DNA from: Octopus vulgaris
Taxonomy: Eukaryota
Direction of reading: 5' to 3'
Assembly (NCBI GenBank): GCA_951406725.2
Contig: OX597822.1
Coordinates: 102,424,001 to 102,488,000, forward strand
Length of the DNA: 64,000 nucleotides
The notes below the pieces were generated by a model. That model was given only the letters and a program-made list of their open reading frames with translations, searched no databases and was not told the origin of the DNA. The number at the start of each line of letters is the position of its first letter. The stretch's first letter is position 1. The translations under genes were made by a program, and so were the position numbers. Shown one piece after another: positions 30,689-44,240 of the stretch.

Positions 30689-31182
30689 CTCCTTCCCTTC
30701 TTTCCTGAGCGTCAAATAATACTTTAATTGTTCCACGTCCTCGCGTTGCTGTGTTTTTTTCTGTGTTTTCTTGTTTGGATTAACTATATATATATATGTA
30801 TATATATAGAGAGAGAGACACACACAACAGACAACCACTCCTACCAAAATCATTACCATAAATTCTTCCTACAACTTTAAGTGAATCTAGTCCAACCACA
30901 CACATACATTAACAGCCACAACCACTCATATACATGCTATCATAACACACACACACATACTCACACAGACCTGTACACATGCACATACCCACACATACTC
31001 ACACAGACCTCTACACATGCACATACCCACACATACACACACATGCCTCCTTCTCTTGCACTTTCCTGTCTTAGAAAGAACTTTTTCTTCACCCATTCCC
31101 TTCTGGTCATTTCAATATGTGACCGCGTGTGTATCGTTGGTGATTTTCTTTCTCCGTCTTCCCTTCTTTGGACTTTTTCTAT

Positions 31183-31217
31183 ATTCCTGATGGAGAGCTC
31201 TACTCGAAACATGAAAT
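31183..31217 (+). ncRNA. Decayed minimal hammerhead-like motif
   Basis: CUGAUGG-A-GAG CUCUA CUC-GAAA-CA-UG. Lies in a diverged copy of the 60050-60250 element and is probably inactive. Confidence 0.4.
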
Positions 31218-31333
31218 CCTGTTTCATTTCTTTCCTTTCCTGAGCGTCCAATAACACAGTACTTGTTCCACATCCTCGCGTTGTTGTTTTTTCTTGCTTG
31301 TTCGGATCGACTATATATATATATATATATATA

Positions 31334-31840
31334 TCATCATCATCATCATCATCATTTAACGTCCGCTTTCCATGCTAGCATGGGTTGGACGGTTCAACTG
31401 GGGTCTGGGGAGCCCGAAGGCTGCACCAGTCCAGTCAGATCTGGCAGTGTTTCTACAGCTGGATGCCCTTCCTAACGCCAACCACTCCGAGAGTGTAGTG
31501 GGTGATTTTATGTGCCACCGACACAGGTGCCAGACGAGGCTGGCAAACGGCCACGCTCGGATGGTGTTTTTTTATGTGCCACCGACACAGGTGCCAGACG
31601 AGGCTGGCAGACGGCCACGCTCGGATGGTGTTTTTATGTGCCACCGACACAGGTGCCAGATGAGGCTGGCAAACGGCCACAATCGGATGGTGTTTGTTAC
31701 GTGCCCACAGCACGGAGGCCAGTCGATGCGGTACTGGCTACGGCCACGTTCGGATGGTTTTCTTGTGTGCCACGTACCACCGGCACTGGTACCACAAAGA
31801 TACAAATTCCATTGATGTTCATCTATTTTGATTTGTTTTG
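31334..31840 (-). mobile_element. S3 copy with about 63-bp internal tandem repeats
   Basis: Near-identical inverted copy at 35081-35574. Confidence 0.88.
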
Positions 31841-31846
31841 ATATAT

Positions 31847-31879
<33 letters not shown>

Positions 31880-31903
31880 CACACATATATATATGTATAT
31901 GTC

Positions 31904-32205
31904 GAGGAGCAATGGCCCAATGGTTAGGGCAGCGGACTCACGGTCGTAGGATCGAGGTTTCGATTCCCAGACCGGGCGTTGTGTGTGTTTATTGAGCGAA
32001 AACACCGAAAAAGCTCCACGAGGCTCCGGCAGGGGATGGTGGTGATCCCTGCTGTACTCTTTCACCACAACTTTCTCTCACTCTTTCTTCTGTTGGCCTG
32101 CTCGCTTAGCCAGCGGGGTGGCGTCATTCGAAGGCTAAAACAATGCGAAGCGCATTGTGACCAGCGATGTGTAACTACATCTGATGGACTGATCTGTCAC
32201 GTGAT
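31904..32205 (+). mobile_element. tRNA-derived SINE family S4
   Basis: TGGCCCAATGG A box, GTTTCGATTCC B box, CACGTGAT tail. Confidence 0.85.
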
Positions 32206-33314
32206 ATATATGTATAGACACACACACACACATCAGAAACAAGTTTAAAATAATGATCATTACATATAATTCCTTTATCTGATCAAATTTAGTTTACAGC
32301 TGTTTCTAGTAGTCATTAGTGGTACGTTACTGATAGGTTTATAAAATTCGTCTATTGATCTATTGAGACAGATGGGTAGACCTACGAAAATCAATTTCTC
32401 ACTATTTGTTCTATATATATGTTTATTCACCGCCCCTGTATATAATTTGTACATTATATATATATAAAATTCAACTTACATTGAAAGCCAACAAACAAAG
32501 TAAAAAATAGGGATTTTCATAGAAAAAAAGCACCCTTTTCATGTAAGTAATTTTTGGTGTTAACATGGTCCGATTTGAATTTTTTCTTCTATGGAAGGAA
32601 GAGCAAGCCTTCTTCTATCATACTCTCAATTTCTGAATTTCTGCTGCTTTTAAATAAAGCATGTTTTGAAAGATACAGATAAGGAATTAATTTTATTATT
32701 AAATGCAGGATAATGCTAATAATATAGCATGAATAGGATAAACTAGCCATATTTTGCAGAAAAATATGTCAGCAGCCAGCCATGAGACTAGAACTTACAT
32801 CCTTGTGATTACGTGTCAAATGCTTTACCATTAAGCTAAATTGCTCCAATGACAAATTCTTCTGCAAATTTAGGATATATCAATCTAGCTTTATAAGATG
32901 CTATCATATGTTAAATTCAATTTACGTTGAAAGATAACAAACAAAGTTAGCTTTAGAAATGTTGAGATGTATTGAGAATAAAATTTGTGTTTGAGAATAA
33001 AACTATTTCCCTCTCTGTATCTTTCAATACATCTCAATGCTTCTGAAGGAGAGTTTGTTTGTTGACTTTCAACACAAGCTGAATTTAACATACGATGGCT
33101 TCTTATAACGCTAGATTCATATATCCTAATTTTACAGAAGAATTTGTCTTTGGGGCAGTTTAGCTGAATGGTAAAACACTTGATGCGGAATCACAGGGAT
33201 GTGAGTTTAAGTCTCATGGCTGGCCTCTGACAGATTTTTCTGCAAAATATGAATAGTTTATCCTCTTCATGGTATATTACTAGCATCATCCTGCATTTGA
33301 GTATAAAATCATTT

Positions 33315-33375
<61 letters not shown>

Positions 33376-33477
33376 CGAGTAAACACATAAATGTGAAACA
33401 AGGTGGAAAAAAGAGTACTCAAATACCAGAGGGAGAGTAATATGCTTTATTTAAAAGCAGCAGAAATTCAACAAAAC

Positions 33478-33515
33478 CTGTTACTCGGAGTTTCACGTTC
33501 CCATTCATCGGACAG
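33478..33515 (-). ncRNA. Type I hammerhead-like motif (U4C)
   Basis: CUGU-CCGAUGA-AUG GGAA CGU-GAAA-CUC C GAG-UA-ACAG. Confidence 0.62.
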
Positions 33516-33890
33516 CTGAAGTTGTCTGTGTATGGCAGGTTTGGTAGCCTTCAACTAACACTATCTCCTCTGAGACCCTGCAGCGCAAGTTGACCAAAAT
33601 TGAGAGTATGATAGAAGAAGGCTTGCTCTTCCTTCCATAGAAGAAAAAATTCAAACCAAACCATGTTAACACCAAAAATTACTTACATGAAAAAGGTGCT
33701 TTTTTCTATGAAAATCCCTATTTTTTTAGGATTTTTTGACTGCTGTGTCGCCATTTTTCGGTGTATTCCAACCAGAAAAATGTTCACTTAAAGAGAATAA
33801 CAAGCTACATAATGCAATATTTTTACTTTTCAAAAATTCCAATTCTGAAGGGTTGAAACACACCAGAGCAATGCAGGGCGATACTGCTAG
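33514..33890 (+). mobile_element. Non-autonomous Helitron family H1, 5' end clipped
   Basis: Homologous to 17280-17678; ends CTAG|T. Confidence 0.78.
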
Positions 33891-34406
33891 TTAACTATAA
33901 ACTTACTTTATTTATATTTAAATTTCCTCTATCATTTCTTATTTAATTTATTCATTTATTGTTCTAATTCTATTTACCTACTCTATGTTATCTCTGATCA
34001 ACCTGTAAACCCCTCAACCGAACACATAACAATACATATCATAAACCATAACATTCAGTCTGTTACAATGAATCCATAAACACATTAGACATCCAAGGGT
34101 ATTTTTTTTTCCTTTGAGAAGATATGCTCAGGTCATATAAATATAAATTTGATATTTACTGAGTATCAATTGAAACAGCTGTATGTGAAGATGATTTATT
34201 TCTGTTAATAATAAACAATTATTGATTCCCAATTTCCATTTTCTTTATATATATATATATATATATATAGGAGATGTACTCGCATAGCAAGTAATTTGAT
34301 CTGAGATCGTGTGCTGAAACGAAAACAATTGCAGCGTGGAAGGTGTTTGTAAGCCATTTAAGAAACACACAAAAGCCGTTCGATTCACTTCAACATTTAA
34401 GTTTAA

Positions 34407-34456
34407 TTTGTCAAAATATTTTCGTCGCTAAAATCCGCGACCTGTTCACTGACAAA
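34407..34456 (-). ncRNA. Type I hammerhead-like motif with compensatory G3-C8 core
   Basis: UUUGUCA-GUGAACA-G-GUCGC GGAUUUUA GCGAC-GAAA-AUAU-UU-UGACAAA: 7-bp stem I, 5-bp stem II, palindromic AAUAUU stem III. Confidence 0.68.
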
Positions 34457-34499
34457 ATCCGTGCTGCATCACATTGTATATATATATATATATGTATAA

Positions 34500-34553
<54 letters not shown>

Positions 34554-34836
34554 CTCTGTCTGGCATTGCCAGCTCTGTCTGGCATTGCCAGCTCTGTCTG
34601 GCACCAGTGCGGGTGGCACGTAAAAAGCACCCACTACACTCACGGAGTGGTTGGCATTAGGAAGGGCATCCAGCTGTAGAAACACTGCCAGATTTGACTG
34701 GGCTTGATGAAGCCTTCTGGCTTCACAGACCCCAGTAGAACCGTCCAACCCATGCTAGCATGGAAAACGGACGCTAAACGATGATGATGATGATGATGAC
34801 ACACATATATATACACATATATATACGAAGTGTATG

Positions 34837-35050
34837 GAGGCGCATGGCTTAGTGGTTAGGGTGTCAGCATCATGATCGTAAGATTGTGGTTTCGATTCCT
34901 GGACCAGGCAACGCGTTGTTTTCTTGAGGAAAACACTTCATTTCACAGTGCTCCAGTCCACTCAGCTGGCAAAAACGAGTAACGCTGCGATGGACTGGTG
35001 TCCCGTCCAGCTGGGAAACCAGGCCCATGAGCCTGGTTAGGCTTTAAAAA
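34837..35050 (+). mobile_element. tRNA-derived SINE, S4-related
   Basis: TGGCTTAGTGG A box and GTTTCGATTCC B box. Decayed relatives at about 38670-38760 and 41735-41910. Confidence 0.7.
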
Positions 35051-35080
35051 GGGTGCATTTATTTTTATTTATTATAAAAA

Positions 35081-35574
35081 ATCAAAATAGATGAACATCA
35101 ATGGAATTTGTATCTTCGTGGTACCAGTGCCGGTGGCACACAAGAAAACCATCCGAACGTGGCCGTAGCCAGTACCGCATCGACTGGCCTCCGTGCTGTG
35201 GGCACGTAACAAACACCATCCGATCGTGGCCGTTCGCCAGCCTCATCTGGCACTTGTGTCGGTGGCACATAAAAACACCATCCGAGCGTGGCCATCTGCC
35301 AGCCTCGTCTGGCACCTGTGTCGGTGGCACATAAAAAACACCATCCAAGCGTGGCCGTTCGCCAGCCTCGTCTGGCACCTGTGTCGGTGGCATATAAAAT
35401 CACCCACTACACTCTCGGAGTGGTTGGCATTAGGAAGGGCATCCAGCTGTAGAAACACTGCCAGATCTGACTGGCCTGGTGCAGCCTTCGGGCTCCCCAG
35501 ACCCCAGTTGAACCGTCCAACCCATGCTAGCATGGAAAGCGGACGTTAAATGATGATGATGATGATGATGATGA
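35081..35574 (+). mobile_element. S3 copy
   Basis: Inverted twin of 31334-31840; ends in (GAT)n. Confidence 0.88.
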
Positions 35575-38445
35575 TATATGAAGTGGGGCTGACAAGTGAA
35601 AAGTTGCTGGTCTTAAGGGTATCGCAAAACCCTGGTTGGAAACCCAACCTTCCAAGTTCTTTTGTAGAGCTTAGGAAAACTGAAGGACCACAACAATAAT
35701 TGTGTGAATCTGAGAGGGGAATATGTTGAATGAGATCCTAATTAACTGATCTTCCTGTATTTTCTGGCTTTACCCAAAGCCAGGAACTTTTCAGCACCCT
35801 CTCATAATATATAAGGTGTGTCAATGAATAGAATCATTTCTGGGGTTGATGCTACTCCACCCAGATATTCCAGATATATTGTTAACCTTTCCTTCTTGGG
35901 ACACAAAGCTCTGCTTGTGAAGACCTGTTGAGGCAAGTGAAATCGAAATCGATCAAAATTCAAGGGAAATTGTAGTTGTGATACCAGTGCTGGTGGCATG
36001 TAAAAGAACCATCCGAATGTGGCTGTTGCCAGCGCCGCCTCGACTGGCCTCTGTGCTGGTGGCACGTAAAAAGCACCAACCAATCATGACCGTTGGCAGC
36101 CTCGCTTGGCACCTGTGCTGGTGGCACGTAAAAAGCACCCACTACACTCACAGAGTGGTTGGCGTTATGAAGGGCATCCAGCTATAGAAACACTGCCAGA
36201 TCAGACTAGAGCCTGGTGCAGCCTCCTGGCTTCCCAGACCCCGGTCAAACCGTCCAACCCATGCTAGCATGGAAAGCAGATGTTAAACGATGATGATGAT
36301 GATGATGATGATTGTAATATGGTTCACACTTGTGAGTGTAGTGAATAATTTGTGTTATTACATTTTGCAATACCTCTACTGGCTCAAACGTAGACCCATA
36401 AAAAAATTAGGAGCTTACTTTTGTCCTCAGCCTCAACTAATGAGACAAGCTGACATCAACAGGTGTACTTACAGCAACATTATTCTGACCAATCAGTGAC
36501 TTAGAGAGATGCTGAGCCACAGAAACTGCTTGCCAGTTCTGGTCAAACTGTCCACACCATATGAGTGTGAGCATTGCCAGAGCAGCCAATTGGCTTCCAT
36601 GCCAGTGGCACGTAAAAGGGCACCATTGGAGCATGGTCGTTACCAACGTCACCTTACTGGCACCTGTGCTGGTGGCATGTGTAAAAAGATTCGAGCGAGG
36701 TCATTGCCAGTACCGCCTGACTGGCCCCCGTGCCGGTGGCATGTAAAAGCACCCACTACACTCTCGGAGTGGTTGGCATTAGGAAGGGCATCCAGCTGTA
36801 GAAACTCTGCCTGATCAAGATTGGAGCCTGGTGCAGCCATCTGGTTCGCCAGCCCTCAGTCAAATCGTCCAATCCATGCTAGCATGGAAAGCAGACATTA
36901 AACGATGGTGATGATGATGATGATGATGATAATGATGGAATAAATAAACTTGTAATTTGTTGGCCAAAATGTGTTGTTTGTAATGGTACTTACTTTGATG
37001 TATAAAATTTCCACATTGTTGAAATATATTGTGATGAATTTCATGTTTCAAAACGTTGCTTACTTTTGACTCAACCTGATATTTAATTTTTTTCTTCCTC
37101 TTAGTTTGCAATACTTGTTAAATACCTTTCTGAATTTTGATAAATACCTTTCTGAATTTTGAGGCTTGATGCTTACTTTTTTTTTTTTTCTGTGTATCCC
37201 TACCAGGTGTCAACTGATTAAAGTTTCAAACAGAATAGTAACATCAAATTTAGAAGGGCCTGAATAGATCATAGGTGATGCTAACCACAACACATCCCTG
37301 ATAAAATTTAAGACAAAGGTGCATCATTGAGACTTTTGAAGGTGAGTAACATAGGTGAGAAGAAAGAAAAGAAAAGGTTTTAGTATAACCAAATAATCTT
37401 TATTTCGTTTTGGGATTTGGTTTGTAAGATTCTTTATATGAGTTCGTGTGTTGAAGCATATTCTGTTGTGTCTGGGGAGAGTAATTTTCGTTTTGTGCCT
37501 TATTATGTAACACACTCACCGGTAAAATTTCCACTTTTTTCTTATTTTTATTGTCCTATACGTACATGCATGCATGTATAGGCTCACACACACACTGATA
37601 CATGTGCACAAACAAACAAAAGGGAACACAGTGTAAATAAGGGACAGAGTCAAGACTATTGAAAAGGTAGCAAGATGCAACGAAAATTTTAGGAAAATAA
37701 AAATAAGAAAAAAGTGGAAATTTTACCGGTGAGTGTGTTACATTATAAGGCACAAAAAGAAAATGACAAATAATCCTTAAGACGTGGAAATGGCTCTGAA
37801 TTTCCACCAAATAATTGTTCTTTGTACGCATTCTGTTGTTGTTATTTCTCTTCATTCCTGTCATTGTTCAGTTCCAAGTCAGCTCTAATAAAACAGATCT
37901 TGAGATTTTAGGGTTCTCTGTGACAATATTATCCAATGTAATATTCCTGGTTTTTTTAAGATGAGACAGTGAAAGAGATAGAAGTAAAGAAAGCGAGAGA
38001 GAGGGCTGTATTGTGTGGCATGCCAATATTTTAAGGTGTATTTCGGCTGCTCTTTATAGCTGGGTAAGGTAGTGACAAAGTTTCTCTGGACAGTCCCGTC
38101 CACTCTGTTTTTGTACTCAGGAAATAACAGATATATATGCATGTACATATGTATGGTATGTATGTACGTATGTATGTATGTATGCATGTACATATGTATG
38201 GTATGTATGTATGTACGTATGTATGTATGTTTGTATGTATGTATGTACCTATGTATATATGTGTATATATGTCATCATCATCATCATTTAAAGTTCGCTT
38301 TCCATGCTGGCATGAGTTGGACGATTTGACTGAGGACTGGCGAACCAGATGGCTGCACCAGGCTCCAATCTGATCTGGCAGAGTTTCTACAGCTGGATGT
38401 CCTTCTTAACGCCAACAACTGCGAGAGTGTAGTGGGTGCTTTCAC

Positions 38446-38511
<66 letters not shown>

Positions 38512-40994
38512 GTGTGTATATATCCAATGTCCACAGATACTATGGACTGTACTGTAATCATCCCAGGAATACAGACTATGATCTTAAGAAACATGTGATT
38601 TGTGTAAACATGCATAGTGATGTATTAAAATATTTGTAAATTCCATTCAAGGATTATTTATGGTATTGCATTGACAATTGTGAGATTGTGGTTTTGGTTC
38701 CCAGACTGCGCATGGTGTTGTATTCCTGAATAAAATACTTCATTTCACATTGCTCTGCATTAATTTAGTCATCTGACATGTAATATGTTATGCACCTGTA
38801 CAGGTAATGTCAATTTGATAGGAAGTGAGCTTTATGAGTACACAGACATTTGATAACTTTAAACAAACCATCTACGCAGTTGTTCAGCTAGAAATTGCAG
38901 AGCCCTCATGTGTCAACTGATGACTGGCGGGTATGTAGTATATGAATTATTTGTTCACTTGTGCGAATACAAACGCAAGTTATTTTCACTGAAAGATAGC
39001 TAAAAGGAAATATATGCGAGGCTTGAACCTGCTTCTCTGAGTATACTCCTGTAACTGAGCAACTGCAATATATCAATTGACTTCACATAGCGCAAGCACA
39101 TTTACTGGAAGTATTGTACATGTGTTTTTATGAATGCATTGTACATGCTTTGTCCCATATTGCACATGTGTTAACTCATGTTGCATATGCATTATCCCTA
39201 TTTTTTAAAAAATGTGTTTCTGAGAGATGTCTCTGTATGTGTTTGTGCATGACGAAGACCTTTGGAAGTATGCTGTGCGTGAGAAGACCCGGCAGGACAA
39301 GTGAGACCACAACCCGTGGCCTTTACCTGGGATGTAGCCAGTCCACTTCTGCATACCTTTCCTTCTTGGGACACAAAGCTCTACTTGCGAAGACCTGTTG
39401 AGGCAAGTGAAATCGAAATCGATCAAAAGTCAATGGAAATTGCAGTTATGATACCAGTGCCAGTGGCATGTAAAAGAACCATCCGAACGTGGCCATTGCC
39501 AGCGCCGCTTAGACTGGCCTTCATGCCAGTGGAACGTAAAAAGCACCAGCCGATCGTGGCCATTGCCACGCTCACCTGGCTTGGTGTAGCCTCCTGGTTT
39601 CCCAGACCCCAGACGAGCTGTCCAGCCAATGCTAGCATGGAAAGCGGACGTTAAACGATAATGATGATGATGAATATATATATATATATAGTAGCAGTAG
39701 TAGTAGGCATCCATCAGTCTTGAGAAGCCATGGAACTGCACCCAAAGGAATCGTGTCAGCTGCTGATGGTGGTGCATCATCTGTTGTGGTTGTACAGACC
39801 CATATGGGAGGCGGCAGTCACGCATACAGCGACTGCATTTGAAGGAGCTCTCTGCTAGTGCTGCTGATTTTTCCTTCCATCAAGTGCGCTTTTCTTTGAT
39901 GGCAAGCACCTGTTTTTCTTCTTCTCTCTTCATTTCCTTTCGCAGCATTTGCCTCCAGTGTGGGTGATCATTTGCAACCTCCTCCCATGTCAGGACGTCC
40001 AGATCATACACATAGATAGATATATATATATATATCTATAAATATATGACGGGCTTCTTACAGTTTCTCTATACCAAATCCATTCACAAGGTTTTGGTCA
40101 GCTCAAGGCTATAGTAGAAGACATTCGCCCAAGGTGTCACGCAGTGGGACTGAACCCACAACCATGTGGTTGAGAAGCAAGCTTCTTACACAGCCATGCC
40201 TATACCTAAATTCTTTATTTTATCTTCTTTATTTTTTTCTCTACTAGTCTCAGCTAAAGAAGCTGCTGCCAAACATACACATATATGAACATACATTTTT
40301 CCTGGATTGATAATTCCTTACTATTAGCACTCTCTCACTCTATATATATCATATATATATAGAGAGAGTTTTCTCCTGTTCATCATTTACTCTCTCATCC
40401 TTTTCTCTAATTCCCTTTTTCTCCCCTTCACCGTTTTCTATCTGTCTCTCTCCCTCTTTCTCATTGCTCACACATGACCATACATACATACATACATACA
40501 TACATCATCCCATGTTCTCTAATCTTGACTTGATCTATTGAGAAGCCTTCTAACTATATTTAGATAAGCAAGTAACACTTCTTCATGTAAATAATATCAC
40601 ACTGTATCATCATCGTGTGTTAAGGTCTTCATGGTTCATATTGAATTGCATGTCTTGAGTGAGTACATTTTCCTCAGTTTGATTTCTCACGTAGACCAGG
40701 GGTTCTCAACTGGGGTCCATATGATTCCTAAGGATTCATATAAGATTTTTGGGGGTCCACACAACAAAATAGTAAACTGAGGATCCGCAAGAGTATTTGA
40801 AGGGCCCCTGAAAATATTTTGCTTTAAATGTAGTGGGGGGAAATAAATATTCGTACATGTCAAAATTCTTTATTTATTTAATTGCTAATGAACATAAATG
40901 GGATATACCAATACTATATTTGCATACACATGCATAAACTAAGAATATGCAAAAGAAACTAATAAATTATTGTAACTAAGGAATTTATATACAA

Positions 40995-41393
40995 CTAGCA
41001 GTATTGCCTGGCGTTGCCCGGGTTTGTAAGGGAAATAACTATATAAGCATTTTTGGAGAGTTATAGCCAAAAAATAGCAATAAAATGCATTAAAAATGGG
41101 GAAAAAAATGATGGTAAATTTCTTTTTAAATCGTTGACTCATCGTAGATATTTTTAGAGAGTTACTTCCCTTATATAATAGCGAAAAAAATGCATTAAAA
41201 TGGAAAAAAATGATGGTAAATTTTTTTTAAATCGTAGACTCATCGTCGACGCGTGCTAATACCCAGAAGGGCTCGATATGAATCATGACTATAAGATACC
41301 CGCTTTTGGTTAAACTGCACCGCAAAATGTGGGAGTAGTTAAGAATCTAAATCGTAGGAGACAGACACGCAACTTGACTTTTATATATAAAGA
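40995..41393 (-). mobile_element. Non-autonomous Helitron family H2
   Basis: Homologous to 18713-19112, with TC and CTAG termini and the hairpin. Confidence 0.82.
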
Positions 41394-41593
41394 TTATAAA
41401 TATTTAGAGGTGAAAAAAGTATTCGTACAGAATAAATTTATGATTTTCTATGCCACAAAATACTGTTAAAATAATTTTTTTTTTACTAGAACTTTCTTGT
41501 TTGTTCCAATAAACTTATCAGTTGTCATTTTTAAGTATCAAAAGGCTAACTTCTTCATTCAGCACTGAGACAACATAAAGTAGTATCGTAATA

Positions 41594-41700
41594 ATGGCGA
41601 AAAGTAAAGAACTCACAAATTCAGTGAAAAACTTAATTATTGAACAGTAGAAAGTAGGTAAAAGTTACAGGAAAATATCAGAGACCCTTTGTATTCCAAT
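41594..41700 (+). pseudogene. Tc1-like transposase N-terminal fragment
   Basis: Translates MAKSKELTNSVKNLIIEQ*KVGKSYRKISETLCIP, a Tc1-type HTH start. Confidence 0.65.
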
Positions 41701-42250
41701 TTTTCTGACTATACCATAACCAGTTGTGAACATACATAGCCTGGTGGTGAGAGTATTACGCTCGTGATCATATGGTCATTGTTTCAATTCCCAGACCGGG
41801 CAAAGAATTGTGTTGTTAAGCACAACACTTCATCTCACTTTGCTCAACTGTAAATGAGTTCCAGCTATAGCAGGGAAGTTAACCCTATTATGGATTGGTG
41901 CCCCATTCAAGGGTGGATTGGTAGAGTGTTATATTCTCAGTCAATTATAATCATCATTATCATCATCATCATCATTTAGCGTCCGCTTTCCATGCTAGCA
42001 TGGGTTGGATGGTTCAACTGGGGTCTGTGAAGCCAGAAGGCTGCATCAGGCACAGTCTGATCTGGCAGTGTTTCTACGGCTGGATGCCCTTCCTAATGCC
42101 AACCACTCCGTGAGTGTAGTGGGTGCTTTTTACGTGCCACCCGCACAGGTGCCAGACGGAGCTGGCAAACGGCCATGAACGGATGGTGCTTTTACGTGCC
42201 ACCGGCACATGGGCCAGGCAAGGCTGGCAATGGCCACGAACTGATGGTGC

Positions 42251-42471
42251 TACCCACAAGGGGCTAAACATAGAGAGGACAAACAAGGACAGACAAATGG
42301 ATTAAGTCGATTACATCGACCCCAGTGCATAACTGGTACTTAATTTATCGACCCTGAAAGGATGAAAGGCAAAGTCGACCTCGGCGGAATTTGAACTCAG
42401 AACGTAATGGTAGATGAAATACGGCTACGCATTTCATCCGGCATGCTAACGTTCCTGCCAGCTCACCACCT
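42251..42471 (-). mobile_element. SINE family S2 fused to an S3 copy
   Basis: Homologous to 48478-48710. Confidence 0.82.
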
Positions 42472-44203
42472 TTTCTCAGTCAATTATAGTCAATTATACA
42501 TCATGCAAAATGGGTCAAGTTTTGGCCTTTTGTGTCCTGGAGTTCGTGACAAACCTAAGTCTAAAGCCTTATACTGTAGAAAAAAAATAACAATGTAATA
42601 AACAAAGGCAATAGCTTGACATCCTGTAAGCATCATCAATGAGTGGTCAATTGGATTGACTCCACAATATGACAATGGGAACTGTGACCTCCATTTGAGT
42701 TAATAATATTGGTTTCCTACATAGACACAAGGATCCAGATTTTGAGGAAATGAGCAGCTGAATAAAATGAACTCAGTTGCTTGAATTATGATAGCTCATC
42801 AAGCGAGGAAAAATAAACAGCAGAGTGGACCTCAACAGTATTTGAAATGAGAAAATAAAGAGCCAGAACAACTACTTCAAGACAACTACTTCAAGACGTC
42901 TTTCAAATGACCTAATGACTCTGCCATTCTGCCAGTCTTGCTTGTTAGTTATTATACTTCTTTGAAATGAAATAGCATTTATTTTACCGAACGTGGCCGA
43001 TGCCAGCGTCGCCTTGACTGGCTTCTGTGTCGGTGGCACGTAAAAATCACCATCCGAATGTGGCCAATGCCAGCGCTGCCTTGACTGGCTTCTGTGCCGA
43101 TGGCATGTAAAAAGCACCATCCGAATGTGGCCAATGCCAGCCTCCCCTGGCACCTGTGCTGGTGGCACGTAAAAAGCACCCACTACACTCACAGAGCGGT
43201 TGGTGTTAGGAAGGGCATCCAGCTGTAGAAACACTGCCAGATCAGACTGGAGCCTGGTGCAGCCTCCTGGCTTCCCAGACCCTGGTTGAACCATCCAACC
43301 CGTGCTACCACGGAAAACGGACGTTAAACGATGATGATGATGATGATGTGTATTGTACTTCTGTGTGTCTTGCTATATTACTCATTACTGTTATCAGAGA
43401 AAAATGTAGAACAATTAAATTATAATTGATCTGATAAGATTATGTTTCAGATGAAATGAAGCATAAGCTTACCAGGATAGCTGTAATGCTTTTATGTATA
43501 TAATATAATTCAGTAAACTATACCAAAGCACAGAATACACTTAAAGTTTGTCGATCATAAATGTATTGAAAGCTCACAAACGAGAACTAATTCTACGTAT
43601 AATATTCATGAACTGCTACAGAAAGAATTCTAAAAGGCAAGGAAGACTTATAAGTACAAGTATGAAATCAAGATGTTTGTTTAGGCTGACTGGCTGATAT
43701 ATTTTTACCAATTATCCATAGAATATATATATATGGTTTCAGCTAAGTATCTAAAACAGGTTTTTTGCCTATTCATAACATGTTTACATAAAGACAAGTG
43801 ACTTAATGGAAACATATAGTGCTGGCTGGAAATTAAAAAGAGGAAAAGAAAGAAGCTAACAGGGCCTTAGTAAAAAGGTGTAGCTACACACTTTCAACGG
43901 TACAATGAATTGCCTGAGGCTATTGTAAAGAGAAAATGTTGCTGTGTACCATAAAAATCCATGTATATATAACATGCTATCCAGTTTCCATCTATCATAT
44001 CCACTCACTGGCTGGCTTGTAACTATACAGCAGGCACTTATCCTAGGTTCCACACAGTAGAACCGAGTCCAAGACTATGTTTGCAAAGTGAAACTCCTTC
44101 AATCAACAGCCATGCCTTTATCTGTATTTTGTGAAAAATATACAATGATACAAGAGAATACCCAAAAGAAACCGGAATTTTGCAATATTATTTTATTAAT
44201 CAC

Positions 44204-44240
<37 letters not shown>

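Noticed and set aside
31500-31790. CRISPR-like periodic repeats in S3 elements
   Set aside because: The units are contiguous with no unique spacers, there are no cas genes, and the context is eukaryotic.
31904-31980. tRNA genes at SINE heads (also 34837, 47661, 57662)
   Set aside because: A and B boxes are present but there is no proper acceptor stem, and each runs into a multi-copy SINE body.
28925-34185. GAAACAGCTGTA half-sites at about 28928(+), 32295(-) and 34172(+)
   Set aside because: They resemble the 3' half of a hammerhead with palindromic stem III, but no matching core plus stem I could be built. They may be decayed relatives.
40697-40810. CAGGGGTTCTCAAC hAT-like terminus
   Set aside because: No matching second TIR or TSD was found.
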